Below, piece after piece: positions 1-9,368 of a DNA stretch of 64,000 nt. Made by a program: the position numbers and the translations under genes. This stretch comes from Phycisphaerales bacterium (GTDB lineage Bacteria; Planctomycetota; Phycisphaerae; Sedimentisphaerales; Anaerobacaceae). The first letter of the stretch is position 1. Each line of letters opens with the position of its first letter. The stretch spans positions 49,423 to 113,422 of the forward strand of contig JBDKRX010000019.1 in NCBI GenBank assembly GCA_039683175.1, read 5' to 3'. The notes under the pieces are model-generated. The model did no database searches, was not told the origin of the DNA, and saw only the letters and a list, made by a program, of their open reading frames with translations.

Positions 1-63
1 TAGCTGGGCACGGAGTTTGTCGGCCTTGTTCCTCTGTGGGCCCGGTTCGATGGAACGCAAGTA

Positions 64-1935
64 GTGGGGATGGATAGAATGCCAAAGGCGAAAGTCGTTC
101 AGACGAGGGGGTTTGTGGTCTTGCTCGCAGCCGCGGTCTGCCTGTCCGTCTCGGTTCAGGACATCCGGGCGGCCGGCAAGCTGAAGGCCCGCATCGATGC
201 GATCTGGGATGCGCAGCGGTACATCAGGGTCGACGAGGTCAAGCCCGGCATGGAGGCCTACTGTCTTACGGACTATGGCGAGGCCGGGATCGAGAAGTTC
301 TCCTTGAAGGTCCTCAACGTCATCCGGGATTTCGATCCGGGCAGGAACGCCATTCTCGTCGTCGGCACGGACGAGCGGTTCAGGCACACCGGCCCCGTGG
401 GCGGCTGCAGCGGCTCGCCCGTCTACATCGATGGGCGTCTTGCGGGGGCGCTGGCCTTCGGCTGGACCTTCTCCAAGGACCCCCTGTACGGGGTAACGCC
501 GATCGAGGAGATGCTGGAGGTCGGTCTGATGGATGGATCGGATGCCCCGGCAGCGTCTTCCGGGACGGCGGCCCTCACGTTCGATTTCTCCAGGCCCATC
601 CAGGTGGCACAGGCCGCAGAGCAGCTCACCGCCGGAAGGCTGTTGGGCGGGACGGCTGCCGATGGGGCGACCCTGCTGCCGTGCCCGTTGCTGGTTTCCG
701 GCCTGTCGACCGAGGCCTGCCGGCATGTGGCCGGGCAGCTTGAGGCGATGGGCTTCATGGCCATGGCCGGCGTGGGGGGCGGCGCGGAGGAAACGGATGG
801 ACCCACGCAACTGGTGCCCGGCGGGACCCTGACCATGCCGCTCGTCACGGGCGACATCAAGATGAACGTGCTCGGGACCGTCACCGAGGTTCGGGACGGA
901 CGCGTCTATGGGTTCGGTCACAGCTTCCTGGGCTACGGCCCGACCAATCTGCCGATGGCCGGCGGAAAAGTCTACGGGGTCGTCTCCAGCGTCCAGCGGT
1001 CATCCAAACTGGGCAGCAGCACGGAAATCGTGGGGGCGATCACCGTCGACGAAGCGGGCGCGGTCTTCGGCCGCCTGGGCGCCAAGGCCGACATGATCCC
1101 TGTCACCATGCGGATCGAGCGTTTCAACACCCTGGAGGTTCGCACGTACGCGTGCCAGGTGGTTCGCAACGAATCGCTCACGCCGCTGCTCGTGCGGTCG
1201 GCCCTCTCCGGAGCGGCGTTCCAGGCGGGGTCTTTCCCGCCCGAACACTGCGTCGAGTACCACGCGGCCATCGATCTCGGCGACGGCCAGTCGATCCGGT
1301 TCGGCAATACGTCCGCGAACATGGAGCTGGCTGAGGCCAGCGGGGAGGTTGCGGGCGCGTTGGCCATGCTGATGAACAACCCCTTCGGAGGTCCGGCGGT
1401 CAAGGCTGTCCAATTCGACGTATCCATGACCCCGAAGAACATAGACTCCTACATCTGGTCCGTCGATGTTGCGGATTCGAAGGTCAAGCCGGGGCAGGAG
1501 ATCCAAGCCGACGTGGTGGTCGAATCCTACTTGAAGGAGAAACGCAGGCACTCGATCCGCATCCAGGTCCCGGAGGATCTCGCGCCGGGCAAGTACAGCC
1601 TGATGTTCCTCGGATCGCGCGAATACGAGAACTTCCTGCGAAAGTCGCTCCCGTACCGGTTTGTCGTGACGAATTATCAGACCCTGGTGGACACCTTGAA
1701 CGTGGCGCTGAACGTCAGTCGAACGAAGCTGTATTGTTTGCTGGTCCTGCCGCCGGACGGGATCATGCTGGATAAGGCCGAGTTGCCGAAGCTGCCTCGC
1801 ACCAAGGCGTTGGTTCTCCAGAGTGAGAAGCGGTCGGTGTTGGCCGTCCCGTATGCACAATGGGTCGAGGAAGTCATTGAAACCGGCACCGTCGTCGCCG
1901 ACAAGGAAATTGTAGCCATCACGGTGGAGAAGTAA
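64..1935 (+). CDS. secreted S55 (SpoIVB)-like serine peptidase domain protein
   Basis: 623-codon ORF with strong third-position GC bias. Signal-like N-terminus (GFVVLLAAAVCLSVSV). Trypsin-fold Ser motif GGCSGSPVYIDGRLAGALAFGW as in peptidase S55. The ORF-track start is GTG; ATG at 70 or 79 is equally possible. Confidence 0.6.
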   Translation: MGMDRMPKAKVVQTRGFVVLLAAAVCLSVSVQDIRAAGKLKARIDAIWDAQRYIRVDEVKPGMEAYCLTDYGEAGIEKFSLKVLNVIRDFDPGRNAILVVGTDERFRHTGPVGGCSGSPVYIDGRLAGALAFGWTFSKDPLYGVTPIEEMLEVGLMDGSDAPAASSGTAALTFDFSRPIQVAQAAEQLTAGRLLGGTAADGATLLPCPLLVSGLSTEACRHVAGQLEAMGFMAMAGVGGGAEETDGPTQLVPGGTLTMPLVTGDIKMNVLGTVTEVRDGRVYGFGHSFLGYGPTNLPMAGGKVYGVVSSVQRSSKLGSSTEIVGAITVDEAGAVFGRLGAKADMIPVTMRIERFNTLEVRTYACQVVRNESLTPLLVRSALSGAAFQAGSFPPEHCVEYHAAIDLGDGQSIRFGNTSANMELAEASGEVAGALAMLMNNPFGGPAVKAVQFDVSMTPKNIDSYIWSVDVADSKVKPGQEIQADVVVESYLKEKRRHSIRIQVPEDLAPGKYSLMFLGSREYENFLRKSLPYRFVVTNYQTLVDTLNVALNVSRTKLYCLLVLPPDGIMLDKAELPKLPRTKALVLQSEKRSVLAVPYAQWVEEVIETGTVVADKEIVAITVEK

Positions 1936-1961
1936 TCGGGCCGTGGAGCATAGGAGTTATC

Positions 1962-4262
1962 ATGAGAAACGGATGTCACGGTAGAAATCGCAGGTCGGTC
2001 GCAGCCATTCTGCTGGCCGTAGTTCTTTTGACCTCGGGCGCCATGGCGGTCACCAGCAAGATCACGCGCCAGGCGAGCAGCAAGGACCTGCTGGCGGGCG
2101 AGAGCGACGACGTCATCGTGACCTCTCGTGGGACCATCCAGCTCGGGCGGTCGGCCAAGGTGCTCGCCACGGAGTTCGACGGGGTCTGGTCCGTCAACTG
2201 CATCGCCGTCAGCGGGGGCACCATTTTTGTAGGGACCAGCCCGAACGGCGATATCTACAAGTACAGCCTGGACAAGCTCTCCAAGATCTATCCGCCCGAG
2301 GGGGAGGATTCGCCCGGGAAGCCGCCGGCCAAGACGGAGGAACCCCAGAGCCAGGCCGGGGCCGACGCCAATGAGACCGGGCAGGTCGTCAAGACCGATG
2401 CGCCGCTCACGAATCAGCACATCTTCGCCATGGCGGTGGATGTGGCCGGGCGGCTCCTGGCCGGCATCAGCGGCGCCAAGTGCCGGCTCTGCCGGTACGA
2501 AGCGGGCAAGATGGAAACCATCTTCGAGCCCAACGACGCCACCTACATCTTCGACATCGAGCTCGACAACGTCGGAAATATCTATCTGGGCACCGGGCCG
2601 GAGGGCAAGGTCTACGCGCTCGATCCCTCGGGCAAAGTGGCCCAGCTCGTGTACGACAGTCCGGACAAGAACATCCTGACCGTCGCGGCCGGCAAGGACG
2701 GCGCGATCTACGCCGGCAGCGACACCCGCGGGCTGGTCTACAAGATCAATCCCCGCAACAAGACCGCCACGGTGGTCTACGACAGCGACGAGCCCGAGAT
2801 CAGCTCGCTGCTCGTTGCGGACGGCGCCCCGGGTTCGGGCGGATACCTCTACGCGACCGCCACGGCGGCCAATGTCGTGGAAACGGAGCAGCGGTTCGCT
2901 GCCCAGCAGACGACTTCAGGGCGGCCCGAAGCCAAGGAAGGGGACAAGAAATCCGACGGCGGCGACGGCGTCGTGACCCTGAAGATCGCCAATACGAGCG
3001 CCCCGTCCGGCGGCAAAGCCCCGCAGGCGCCGCAGCGTCCCGCCCCGAAGCCTCCACAGAAGCCCGGCACCGCCAGCTATCTCTATCGGATCGACAAACA
3101 GGGGTACGTCAGCGAGGTCTTCAGCGAGCCGGCAGTGTTCTTGTGCGTGGCCGGCCAGGACGGCAAGGTATTGGTCGGCTCAGGCAACGATGCACAGTTG
3201 TTCCTCGTGGACAGCGAAGCCGAGCGCCAAGCCGTCGTCTACGAGGATGAGCAGGCCAGCCAGATCTCCGCTTTGGCGGTTTCCGAGCAGGATGTCTACA
3301 TCGGCACTGCGAATCCCCCGAGGTTGGTCCTGTTGTCGTCGGCCTATGCCTCGCAAGGATCGTATCAATCCGACCTGATCGACGCGGGCCAGCCCGCCAA
3401 ATGGGGCAAGCTCCAGATTGACGCCGACATCCCGCGAGGCTGCAAGGTCCTCGCTGCCTCGCGAAGCGGCAACGTCAAGGACGTGAACGACCCGACGTTC
3501 TCCGAGTGGACCGAGCTGGCGGAGGTCACGGAGCCGATCCAGTTGCGATGCCCGGTCGGGCGGTTCTGCCAGTATAAGCTCGTGCTGGAGACGCAGGATG
3601 GGCAGAAGACGCCGCTGGTCCGTGAGATCGCGGTCGCCAGCACCGTGCCGAACCTGGCCCCGCGGATCGAAACGGTGGACACCAGCCGGCTCTCGAGCCC
3701 CGGCAAGGAGGGCGTCTTCAAGATCAGCTTCAAGGCCGCCGACGAGAACGACGACAAGCTCCTCTACAAGCTGGACTTCCGGCGGGTCGGACGGACGACT
3801 TGGATCGAGATGCAGGAGGAGCTCGAAGCCGACAACTGCGAGTGGGACAGCAAGACCGTCGAGGACGGCCGCTATGAGATCCGCGTCGTGGCCGACGACG
3901 CGCGAAGCAATACGACGGCCACAAAACTCACCGGCAGCCGGATCAGCGAACCGATTGTCGTGGACAACACCGGCCCGACGATCCGCAAATACGCGATCGA
4001 GAAGAATGGCAAGGCGGCTACCTTGAAGCTCCAGGTCACCGACGAGCTGAGCGTCATCGGTTCGCTGGAGTACACCATCGACAGCAGCGACGAGTGGAAG
4101 GGCACAGTGCCCGACGACTTTGTGTTCGATACGACCGATGAGAGCTTCACGATCGCGACCGAGGACCTCGAGCCGGGCGAGCACATCATCGCGGTGAGGA
4201 TCAAGGACGCCGTGGAGAACGCCACGTACAAGACCTTCGAGCTGAGCGTGCTCGGGAACTGA
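1962..4262 (+). CDS. secreted beta-propeller repeat protein with C-terminal Ig-like region, function unknown
   Basis: 766-codon ORF with AGGAG 6 nt upstream of the ATG and a signal-anchor (VAAILLAVVLLTSGAMA). Recurring G-x-IY-x-G ... G-x-VY blade-like motifs and a Pro/Ala-rich linker. Starts 26 nt after the upstream gene. Confidence 0.6.
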   Translation: MRNGCHGRNRRSVAAILLAVVLLTSGAMAVTSKITRQASSKDLLAGESDDVIVTSRGTIQLGRSAKVLATEFDGVWSVNCIAVSGGTIFVGTSPNGDIYKYSLDKLSKIYPPEGEDSPGKPPAKTEEPQSQAGADANETGQVVKTDAPLTNQHIFAMAVDVAGRLLAGISGAKCRLCRYEAGKMETIFEPNDATYIFDIELDNVGNIYLGTGPEGKVYALDPSGKVAQLVYDSPDKNILTVAAGKDGAIYAGSDTRGLVYKINPRNKTATVVYDSDEPEISSLLVADGAPGSGGYLYATATAANVVETEQRFAAQQTTSGRPEAKEGDKKSDGGDGVVTLKIANTSAPSGGKAPQAPQRPAPKPPQKPGTASYLYRIDKQGYVSEVFSEPAVFLCVAGQDGKVLVGSGNDAQLFLVDSEAERQAVVYEDEQASQISALAVSEQDVYIGTANPPRLVLLSSAYASQGSYQSDLIDAGQPAKWGKLQIDADIPRGCKVLAASRSGNVKDVNDPTFSEWTELAEVTEPIQLRCPVGRFCQYKLVLETQDGQKTPLVREIAVASTVPNLAPRIETVDTSRLSSPGKEGVFKISFKAADENDDKLLYKLDFRRVGRTTWIEMQEELEADNCEWDSKTVEDGRYEIRVVADDARSNTTATKLTGSRISEPIVVDNTGPTIRKYAIEKNGKAATLKLQVTDELSVIGSLEYTIDSSDEWKGTVPDDFVFDTTDESFTIATEDLEPGEHIIAVRIKDAVENATYKTFELSVLGN

Positions 4263-4274
4263 CCGGCCGGAGGC

Positions 4275-4432
4275 CGGAAATCCGAAATTCGAAGCACGAA
4301 ATGGGAAACAAATCCAAAGGACCGAAATTCAAATGACGGAAACGCTATCGCCCGTCGAATGATCCGTTTCGAATTCTGGATTCGGATCATTCGTGCTTGT
4401 TTCGGATTTCGAAATTCGGATTTCGGGTTTTC
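4275..4432. repeat. heptad-periodic palindromic intergenic element, copy A
   Basis: Left arm GGAAATCCGAAATTCGAAGCACGAAATGGGAAACAAATCCAAAGGACCGAAATTCAAATGACGGAAACG, ~19-nt centre, right arm CCGTTTCGAATTCTGGATTCGGATCATTCGTGCTTGTTTCGGATTTCGAAATTCGGATTTCGGG. The arms are imperfect reverse complements. Related copies lie near 14029, 19211, 47603, 49081 and 58141. Confidence 0.9.
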
Positions 4433-4435
4433 AGC

Positions 4436-5299
4436 ATGGTGCGAAAGATCGAATTCGAGCAGATCGGCAAGACGGTTCAATCGCTCTGCGTGGCGGCCTG
4501 TCACGAATTGTCTGCGGATGTGCTCGATGCGCTGGAGCTTGCCGCCCGGCGAGAATCCAACCCGCACGCCGCGAAGATCCTTGAGCAGCTTGTCGAGAAC
4601 GCCCGCATCGCGTCGCAGGACATGATCCCCCTGTGCCAGGACACCGGTCTGACCGTGGTCTTCGTCGAGCAGGGGGCCGGGGTCGAGATCTCGCCCGCCG
4701 GACCCGGTCGGCAAACCCTGGTCGAGGCGATCCACGAGGGTGTTCGAGCCGGCTACGAGTCGGGATACCTTCGCAAGAGCGTCGTCGCAGATCCGCTGAA
4801 CGCCCGCAAAAACACCGGGACGAACACGCCTGCTGTTGTCCACCTCGCGATCGTGCCGGGCGACAAGCTGAAGCTGTCGCTCATGGCCAAAGGCGGCGGC
4901 TGCGAGAACAAGAGCCAGTTCCGTATGTTCCGGCCCACCTCGGATCGCGACCAGATCCTGGACTGGGTGACCGACGTGGTTCGCCAGGCGGGAGCCGATG
5001 CATGCCCACCTTTCGTGGTGGGCGTCGGCATCGGAGGCAACTTCGAGCTCAGTTGCCTGCTGAGCAAGAAGGCGCTCCTGCGAAACCTGAAGGACCGCCA
5101 TGCGGATGCATTCTATGCCAAGATGGAGCGAGACCTGCTTGTACGAATCAACGCCTCCGGGGTAGGCCCGCAGGGTCTCGGCGGCGACACCACCGCCTTG
5201 GGCGTGCTCATCGAGACCGCGCCGTGTCACATCGCGTCCCTGCCGGTCGCGGTCAACATCGAGTGTCACAGCCATCGGCACAAGACCGCAGTTCTCTGA
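4436..5299 (+). CDS. Fe-S hydro-lyase, class I fumarate hydratase / L(+)-tartrate dehydratase alpha-type subunit
   Basis: Motifs IPLCQDTG, KGGGCENKS and PPFVVGVGIGG are typical of the FumA/TtdA alpha domain. The ORF-track start 4397 lies inside repeat copy A; the first credible ATG is 4436 (MVRKIEF). Confidence 0.8.
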   Translation: MVRKIEFEQIGKTVQSLCVAACHELSADVLDALELAARRESNPHAAKILEQLVENARIASQDMIPLCQDTGLTVVFVEQGAGVEISPAGPGRQTLVEAIHEGVRAGYESGYLRKSVVADPLNARKNTGTNTPAVVHLAIVPGDKLKLSLMAKGGGCENKSQFRMFRPTSDRDQILDWVTDVVRQAGADACPPFVVGVGIGGNFELSCLLSKKALLRNLKDRHADAFYAKMERDLLVRINASGVGPQGLGGDTTALGVLIETAPCHIASLPVAVNIECHSHRHKTAVL

Positions 5300-5300
5300 A

Positions 5301-5378
5301 TTGATGAAGGATGATTGATTATTGATGGTTGAGACGGCTGCTGGACGGTCTCGTCTCAATCATCCATTATCCATCATC
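5301..5378. terminator. long imperfect hairpin between convergent genes (possible bidirectional terminator), arms made of GATNATT heptads
   Basis: TTGATGAAGGATGATTGATTATTGATGGTTGAGACG ... CGTCTCAATCATCCATTATCCATCATCAATCC. Lies between the stop at 5299 (+) and the stop at 5377 (-). No clear U-tract. Confidence 0.5.
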
Positions 5379-6165
5379 AATCCTTGAAGGAGGTCATCCA
5401 TTCCGGCCAGTCCGGCAGCGAGCAGTCGAGCTCGAACCGCTTGCTCCACTTCTGTCGCCAGAGGGCCTTGAGCCATATCCTGTCGACGTGGTAATCGACA
5501 TAGACGCAATTGACGGCCTGCTGATGGCGATTCATGCAGAAGCGGTTCATCGCGTTGTCGTCGCCCGGATAGCGGGCGGCGCGATCGTCGGCCTTGGGCG
5601 GCGTGTCCGTGTTGTCGGGCCAGGCACACCAGAACCAGCAGTCCAGGAACAACGGGATCTGGGCAGCGCCCTTGACGTTGGGGGTCTTCCAGAAGTACTG
5701 GGCCGGCTTGCCATAGAGGGTCCCGCCGGACTCGATATTCTGATAAACCCAGCCGTTGATGCCGTAACTGCCCCACGTGCCTATGGGCCGGTTTCCGCTG
5801 GCGGCTACGATGCCCCAGGACGTGAGCGCATCGCCGCCCAGCGTGAGGGTATCGGTTGCGCCCTCGGGGGCCGCGATCTTCTCGGCCATCGGGCAGACGC
5901 GGAACTCATCGTCTTTGTGGTAGTAGTCGTACAGCAGGTCGATCCAGCGGCCCGAATCCCGGCCTCGCCTGGGGAACATGCCGTTGTTGTCGTCGGTGTA
6001 CGTGGCCCAGATGATGCCCCATTGCTTGAGGTTGGACTGGCACACGACGGACCGGGCCTGCTTGCGGACCCGTTGCAGCGCGGGCATCAGGATCGCCATC
6101 AAGATTGCGATGACGGCGATCACGACCAACAGCTCGATCAGCGTAAAGGCCCGCGATTTCCTCAT
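5377..6165 (-). CDS. prepilin-type N-terminal cleavage/methylation domain protein, DUF1559 (H-X9-DG) family
   Basis: N-terminus [30 protein letters not shown] and C-terminal [27 protein letters not shown] upstream of the ATG at 6165; the ORF-track start 6207 is probably too long. Confidence 0.85.
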   Translation of the reverse strand: MRKSRAFTLIELLVVIAVIAILMAILMPALQRVRKQARSVVCQSNLKQWGIIWATYTDDNNGMFPRRGRDSGRWIDLLYDYYHKDDEFRVCPMAEKIAAPEGATDTLTLGGDALTSWGIVAASGNRPIGTWGSYGINGWVYQNIESGGTLYGKPAQYFWKTPNVKGAAQIPLFLDCWFWCAWPDNTDTPPKADDRAARYPGDDNAMNRFCMNRHQQAVNCVYVDYHVDRIWLKALWRQKWSKRFELDCSLPDWPEWMTSFKD

Positions 6166-6258
6166 GGTCCCATCCTCTCTTGGATCGTCGCACTTCCGCT
6201 TGTACACTCGATGCTATCCCTCCGGCCTGACTTCTCGCGTTCGTGAGCGGTCCGGCCA

Positions 6259-7098
6259 TCACTTGGCGACGTTCGTCGGCCCCGGATAGTGCTGATCGAG
6301 CCAGTCCATGTCCACGTTCTCCGGGCTGAAGGGCACGTTCTTGCCGTAGCCCTTGGCCGCCGCCTCGCCTCGGCTCATGCAGTAGACGATCGTTCGTTTA
6401 TCGTCCCATTTCTTGCGGTCGGCGTGGCCGTCCATGAAGCTGAACGTGCAGGCGTCGCTGTGGAAGATGCCCAACGGGTCCCACAGAGAGTTGGTGTATG
6501 GGTTGTACGACCAGCCGTCGTGATTGTAGTTGCCCGCGCCGCCGTCGTAGATATCCTCGACGAACAGCATCTTGTTCGCCTGTTCCTTGAAGGTGAACAG
6601 CTTCTTGGGGTCCTTGGTCTGGGTTGCCCGCAGGTAGTCCGGGAACGAGTAGCTGCGGTAGATGCAGTATTGCAGCGTCGTCCCGAGACTCGTGCCGAGG
6701 TTCTTGCGGTTGTCGCCAGGACAGTGGTAGACCTTGACTTCCTTGAGATAGGGATACAGCGCGCCGGCCTTGAGCCCGTTGTATCGCTGCTCGAGCGTCA
6801 CGTCGCCGCTATTCATCCGCGTGATGCTCCCTCCTGCGTACTCGAGCGGCGGCATCACCCACGGCGGAACGCCGTTGACCGTGTCGTACCCCGCCCAGCC
6901 CCCGACCATGGAGCCCCCATTCTCATCCGCATACATGATATACGCCTGGGCGAGGGACCGCTGGTTCGCCAGGCAGGTGATGCCCCGCGCCTGCTCCTTC
7001 GCGATCTTGAGTGCGGGCATCAGGATCGCCATGAGGATGGCGATGACCGCGATGACGACGAGCAACTCGATGAGAGTGAAAGCCTTGCGCGTATCCAT
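6259..7098 (-). CDS. prepilin-type N-terminal cleavage/methylation domain protein, DUF1559 (H-X9-DG) family
   Basis: [30 protein letters not shown] and C-terminal FHSDACTFSFMDGHAD. GAGGAG RBS upstream of the ATG at 7098. Confidence 0.85.
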   Translation of the reverse strand: MDTRKAFTLIELLVVIAVIAILMAILMPALKIAKEQARGITCLANQRSLAQAYIMYADENGGSMVGGWAGYDTVNGVPPWVMPPLEYAGGSITRMNSGDVTLEQRYNGLKAGALYPYLKEVKVYHCPGDNRKNLGTSLGTTLQYCIYRSYSFPDYLRATQTKDPKKLFTFKEQANKMLFVEDIYDGGAGNYNHDGWSYNPYTNSLWDPLGIFHSDACTFSFMDGHADRKKWDDKRTIVYCMSRGEAAAKGYGKNVPFSPENVDMDWLDQHYPGPTNVAK

Positions 7099-7231
7099 GA
7101 CACACATGCTCCTCAAACACACATCGACATCAACATAGCGTGCAGTGCCGTCGACGTCAACGGCACCGTGGTGTCCATCTTCCTGCTCGCGTCCAGGCTT
7201 CGGACGCGAGATCATCGCACATCACTTGCCC

Positions 7232-8071
7232 TCACGGCATTCGGATCTTGGTGGCCTCCCGGCCCCAGACCACAAGAGAGGACCATACCATGTCCGGATT
7301 GTCGGCCTGAACTTCGGAGGTCGCTGTGGGAGGAATCTTCTTTCCGAAACTGATCGTTCGCGGGTCCTCCCACTTGTGGTAATCGCTGTGTCCGTCGGCG
7401 AAAGAGAACATGGTCCCGTCGCCATGCCGCACCGGCGGCGGGTCCCACCAATTCCACTGGGTTGCCCAGACGGTCCAGCCGCCGAGGGCCGAGGGACACG
7501 TGCCGCCGTCATCGAGGAAGACCATGCGGTTCGCGGGGTCCTTGATCAGCATCCGTCTCTTGACTATCTTGACGCCCATGTTGCTGCCGGTTGTCGCGTC
7601 CCAGGCTCTGCAGTTCATGGAGTCCGCGATGGAGTACGTGCGGAAAATCTTGCTTGCCTGACCGTACGTGGTCGAAGTCTTTCTCTCGACGGTCGGGCAT
7701 TTGTAGATCTTGATCGTCTGCGTGTAGGGGTAGAGTGCGCCGTTCTTGATGGCTTCCTTCTTTGCGTACTCCGTCATGGTGGATTCCCAGTCCTTCAGGA
7801 CCCAGTACTTCTCCTTGGGCGAGAGGCCGTATTCGCCGGAGTCGCCGTTGACGATCCTGTCGTCGTTGTCGTCGGCGTACATGATCCAGGCAAGCGTAAG
7901 GTTCTTGAGGTTGCTCAGGCAACTGGCGCGCTTGCCCTGTTCGCGGGCCCGGTTCAGGGCCGGCATCAGGATGGACATCAGGATGGCGATCACCGCGATC
8001 ACCACAAGCAATTCGATCAGTGTGAATCCCTCTTCCCTCCAGTCTCGCTGTGTCTTCCTTTCTTCTCTCAT
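7232..8071 (-). CDS. prepilin-type N-terminal cleavage/methylation domain protein, DUF1559 (H-X9-DG) family
   Basis: [27 protein letters not shown] and C-terminal [16 protein letters not shown]. Internal ATG at 8071 chosen over ORF-track start 8251. Confidence 0.85.
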   Translation of the reverse strand: MREERKTQRDWREEGFTLIELLVVIAVIAILMSILMPALNRAREQGKRASCLSNLKNLTLAWIMYADDNDDRIVNGDSGEYGLSPKEKYWVLKDWESTMTEYAKKEAIKNGALYPYTQTIKIYKCPTVERKTSTTYGQASKIFRTYSIADSMNCRAWDATTGSNMGVKIVKRRMLIKDPANRMVFLDDGGTCPSALGGWTVWATQWNWWDPPPVRHGDGTMFSFADGHSDYHKWEDPRTISFGKKIPPTATSEVQADNPDMVWSSLVVWGREATKIRMP

Positions 8072-8174
8072 GGCAGTATGTTGCCTCCCAGCGAACGTGG
8101 ATGATGATTCTCCTGTATGTGCGTAAAGAACCGGCCGGCTCTTGCGGGCCGGCCGGTGTCGAATCATGCCAGGA

Positions 8175-9023
8175 TCAATACTCCTTGAACTGGTCCATCC
8201 AGTCCGGCCAGTTGCTGGGGTCGCAGCCGCCGGCCTTGGTCCAGGGTCCATTGACGTTGTAGTTCTTGTGCCACTGCAACGTCCACGCCTCTTTGATTCC
8301 GACCTTTCGGACCGACCAATCCAGGAAGGACATCTGCAGGAATCCCTGGTGCCGATTGATGGCGATGCGAGCCATGTTCCACGTCGCGCCGCCTGCCCAT
8401 GCGGCGTCCTCCGTGGCGGCGGGGGGGTTGTTCTCCGCCGGCCAGCTATCGAAACGCAGCCCGTCCATCATTACGGGGACATTGTTGGCGTTCGGTACGT
8501 TGCTCGTGTTCCCATAGCCATACTTGGCGGGAACACTGCTTTCAAAGGTGCCGGTGCCTGGGATGCTGAGTATATAGCCGCTCAGGCAGTAACTCCCATT
8601 GTAGCCGTTCTTATTCATCGTATAGGTCTTGCCCTGGTAAGTCATCGTCGTCGGCGTTTTGTAGATACCCCAGGTAGTGTAAATGTTTGCCTTTTGTCCC
8701 TCGACACCTCTCTCATCGTATCTGGGTTTGCTCGCTGTCGGGCAGAACCATGTCTCGTTCTGCTTCCAGTCCTGCTCCTTCTCGGGCAACTGGATGGGCC
8801 ACCAGTAGCCGTTGGTGTCGGCTCCGGAGTAGAACTTCCCGCCGTTTTCCCCAACGTACATGTTGAATGTGATGTTCCACTGGCGGAGGTTCGCCGCACA
8901 GTTGATCTGCCGGGCCTGGTCTTTGACCTTGGACAAGGCCGGCATGAGGATGGCCATCAGAATCGCGATGATGGCGATGACTACCAACAGTTCGATCAGT
9001 GTGAACCCATGTCGCCTACGCAT
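8175..9023 (-). CDS. prepilin-type N-terminal cleavage/methylation domain protein, DUF1559 family
   Basis: [30 protein letters not shown] and C-terminal [16 protein letters not shown] (degenerate H-X9-DG). AAGGAG RBS 7 nt upstream of the ATG at 9023. Confidence 0.85.
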   Translation of the reverse strand: MRRRHGFTLIELLVVIAIIAILMAILMPALSKVKDQARQINCAANLRQWNITFNMYVGENGGKFYSGADTNGYWWPIQLPEKEQDWKQNETWFCPTASKPRYDERGVEGQKANIYTTWGIYKTPTTMTYQGKTYTMNKNGYNGSYCLSGYILSIPGTGTFESSVPAKYGYGNTSNVPNANNVPVMMDGLRFDSWPAENNPPAATEDAAWAGGATWNMARIAINRHQGFLQMSFLDWSVRKVGIKEAWTLQWHKNYNVNGPWTKAGGCDPSNWPDWMDQFKEY

Positions 9024-9252
9024 GACGATGCTCCTTCTACGCACCAGGACAATGATATGCCTACTTATGCAAGATGCAGTGGAGCGCGATCCTGTTCCAC
9101 CGATTCGATGTTTTTTGCGCCCAGACCACACCTTGACCCACGCTGGCTATTATAGCTCCTGGATTTGGGCGATGCAAATCCAAAGCCCGCAAATTTCCCA
9201 AATCCACCTGAATCCAAGGGGGTAGCCGTCGAACCGCCGGCACGGCAGGGGG

Positions 9253-9340
9253 ATGTCATTCCTGCGAAAGCAGGAATCCAGGAGCCTCAGGATGTGTCCC
9301 CGCCCGCGTATATGGATTCCCGCGTGCGCGGGAATGACTG
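9253..9340. repeat. REP-like twin hairpin (GTCATTCCTGCGAAAGCAGGAAT ... ATTCCCGCGTGCGCGGGAATGAC)
   Basis: Two stem-loops, ATTCCTGC-GAAA-GCAGGAAT and ATTCCCGCG-CGCGGGAAT, whose outer flanks GTCATTCC / GGAATGAC also pair. The class translates as VIPAKAGIQ / RVRGND in spurious ORFs. Confidence 0.7.
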
Positions 9341-9368
9341 TGACCTTGTCCGCTGCAGCGCGGCGCGG

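Noticed and set aside
4359-4625. Short ORFs and N-terminal extensions generated by the repeat family. Examples: [41 protein letters not shown] (14087 region), and the [12 protein letters not shown]... prefixes of the leuC and leuD ORFs.
   Set aside because: They are translations of the palindromic arms in arbitrary frames, differ between copies by frameshifts, and are followed by better-placed starts with RBS for the real genes.
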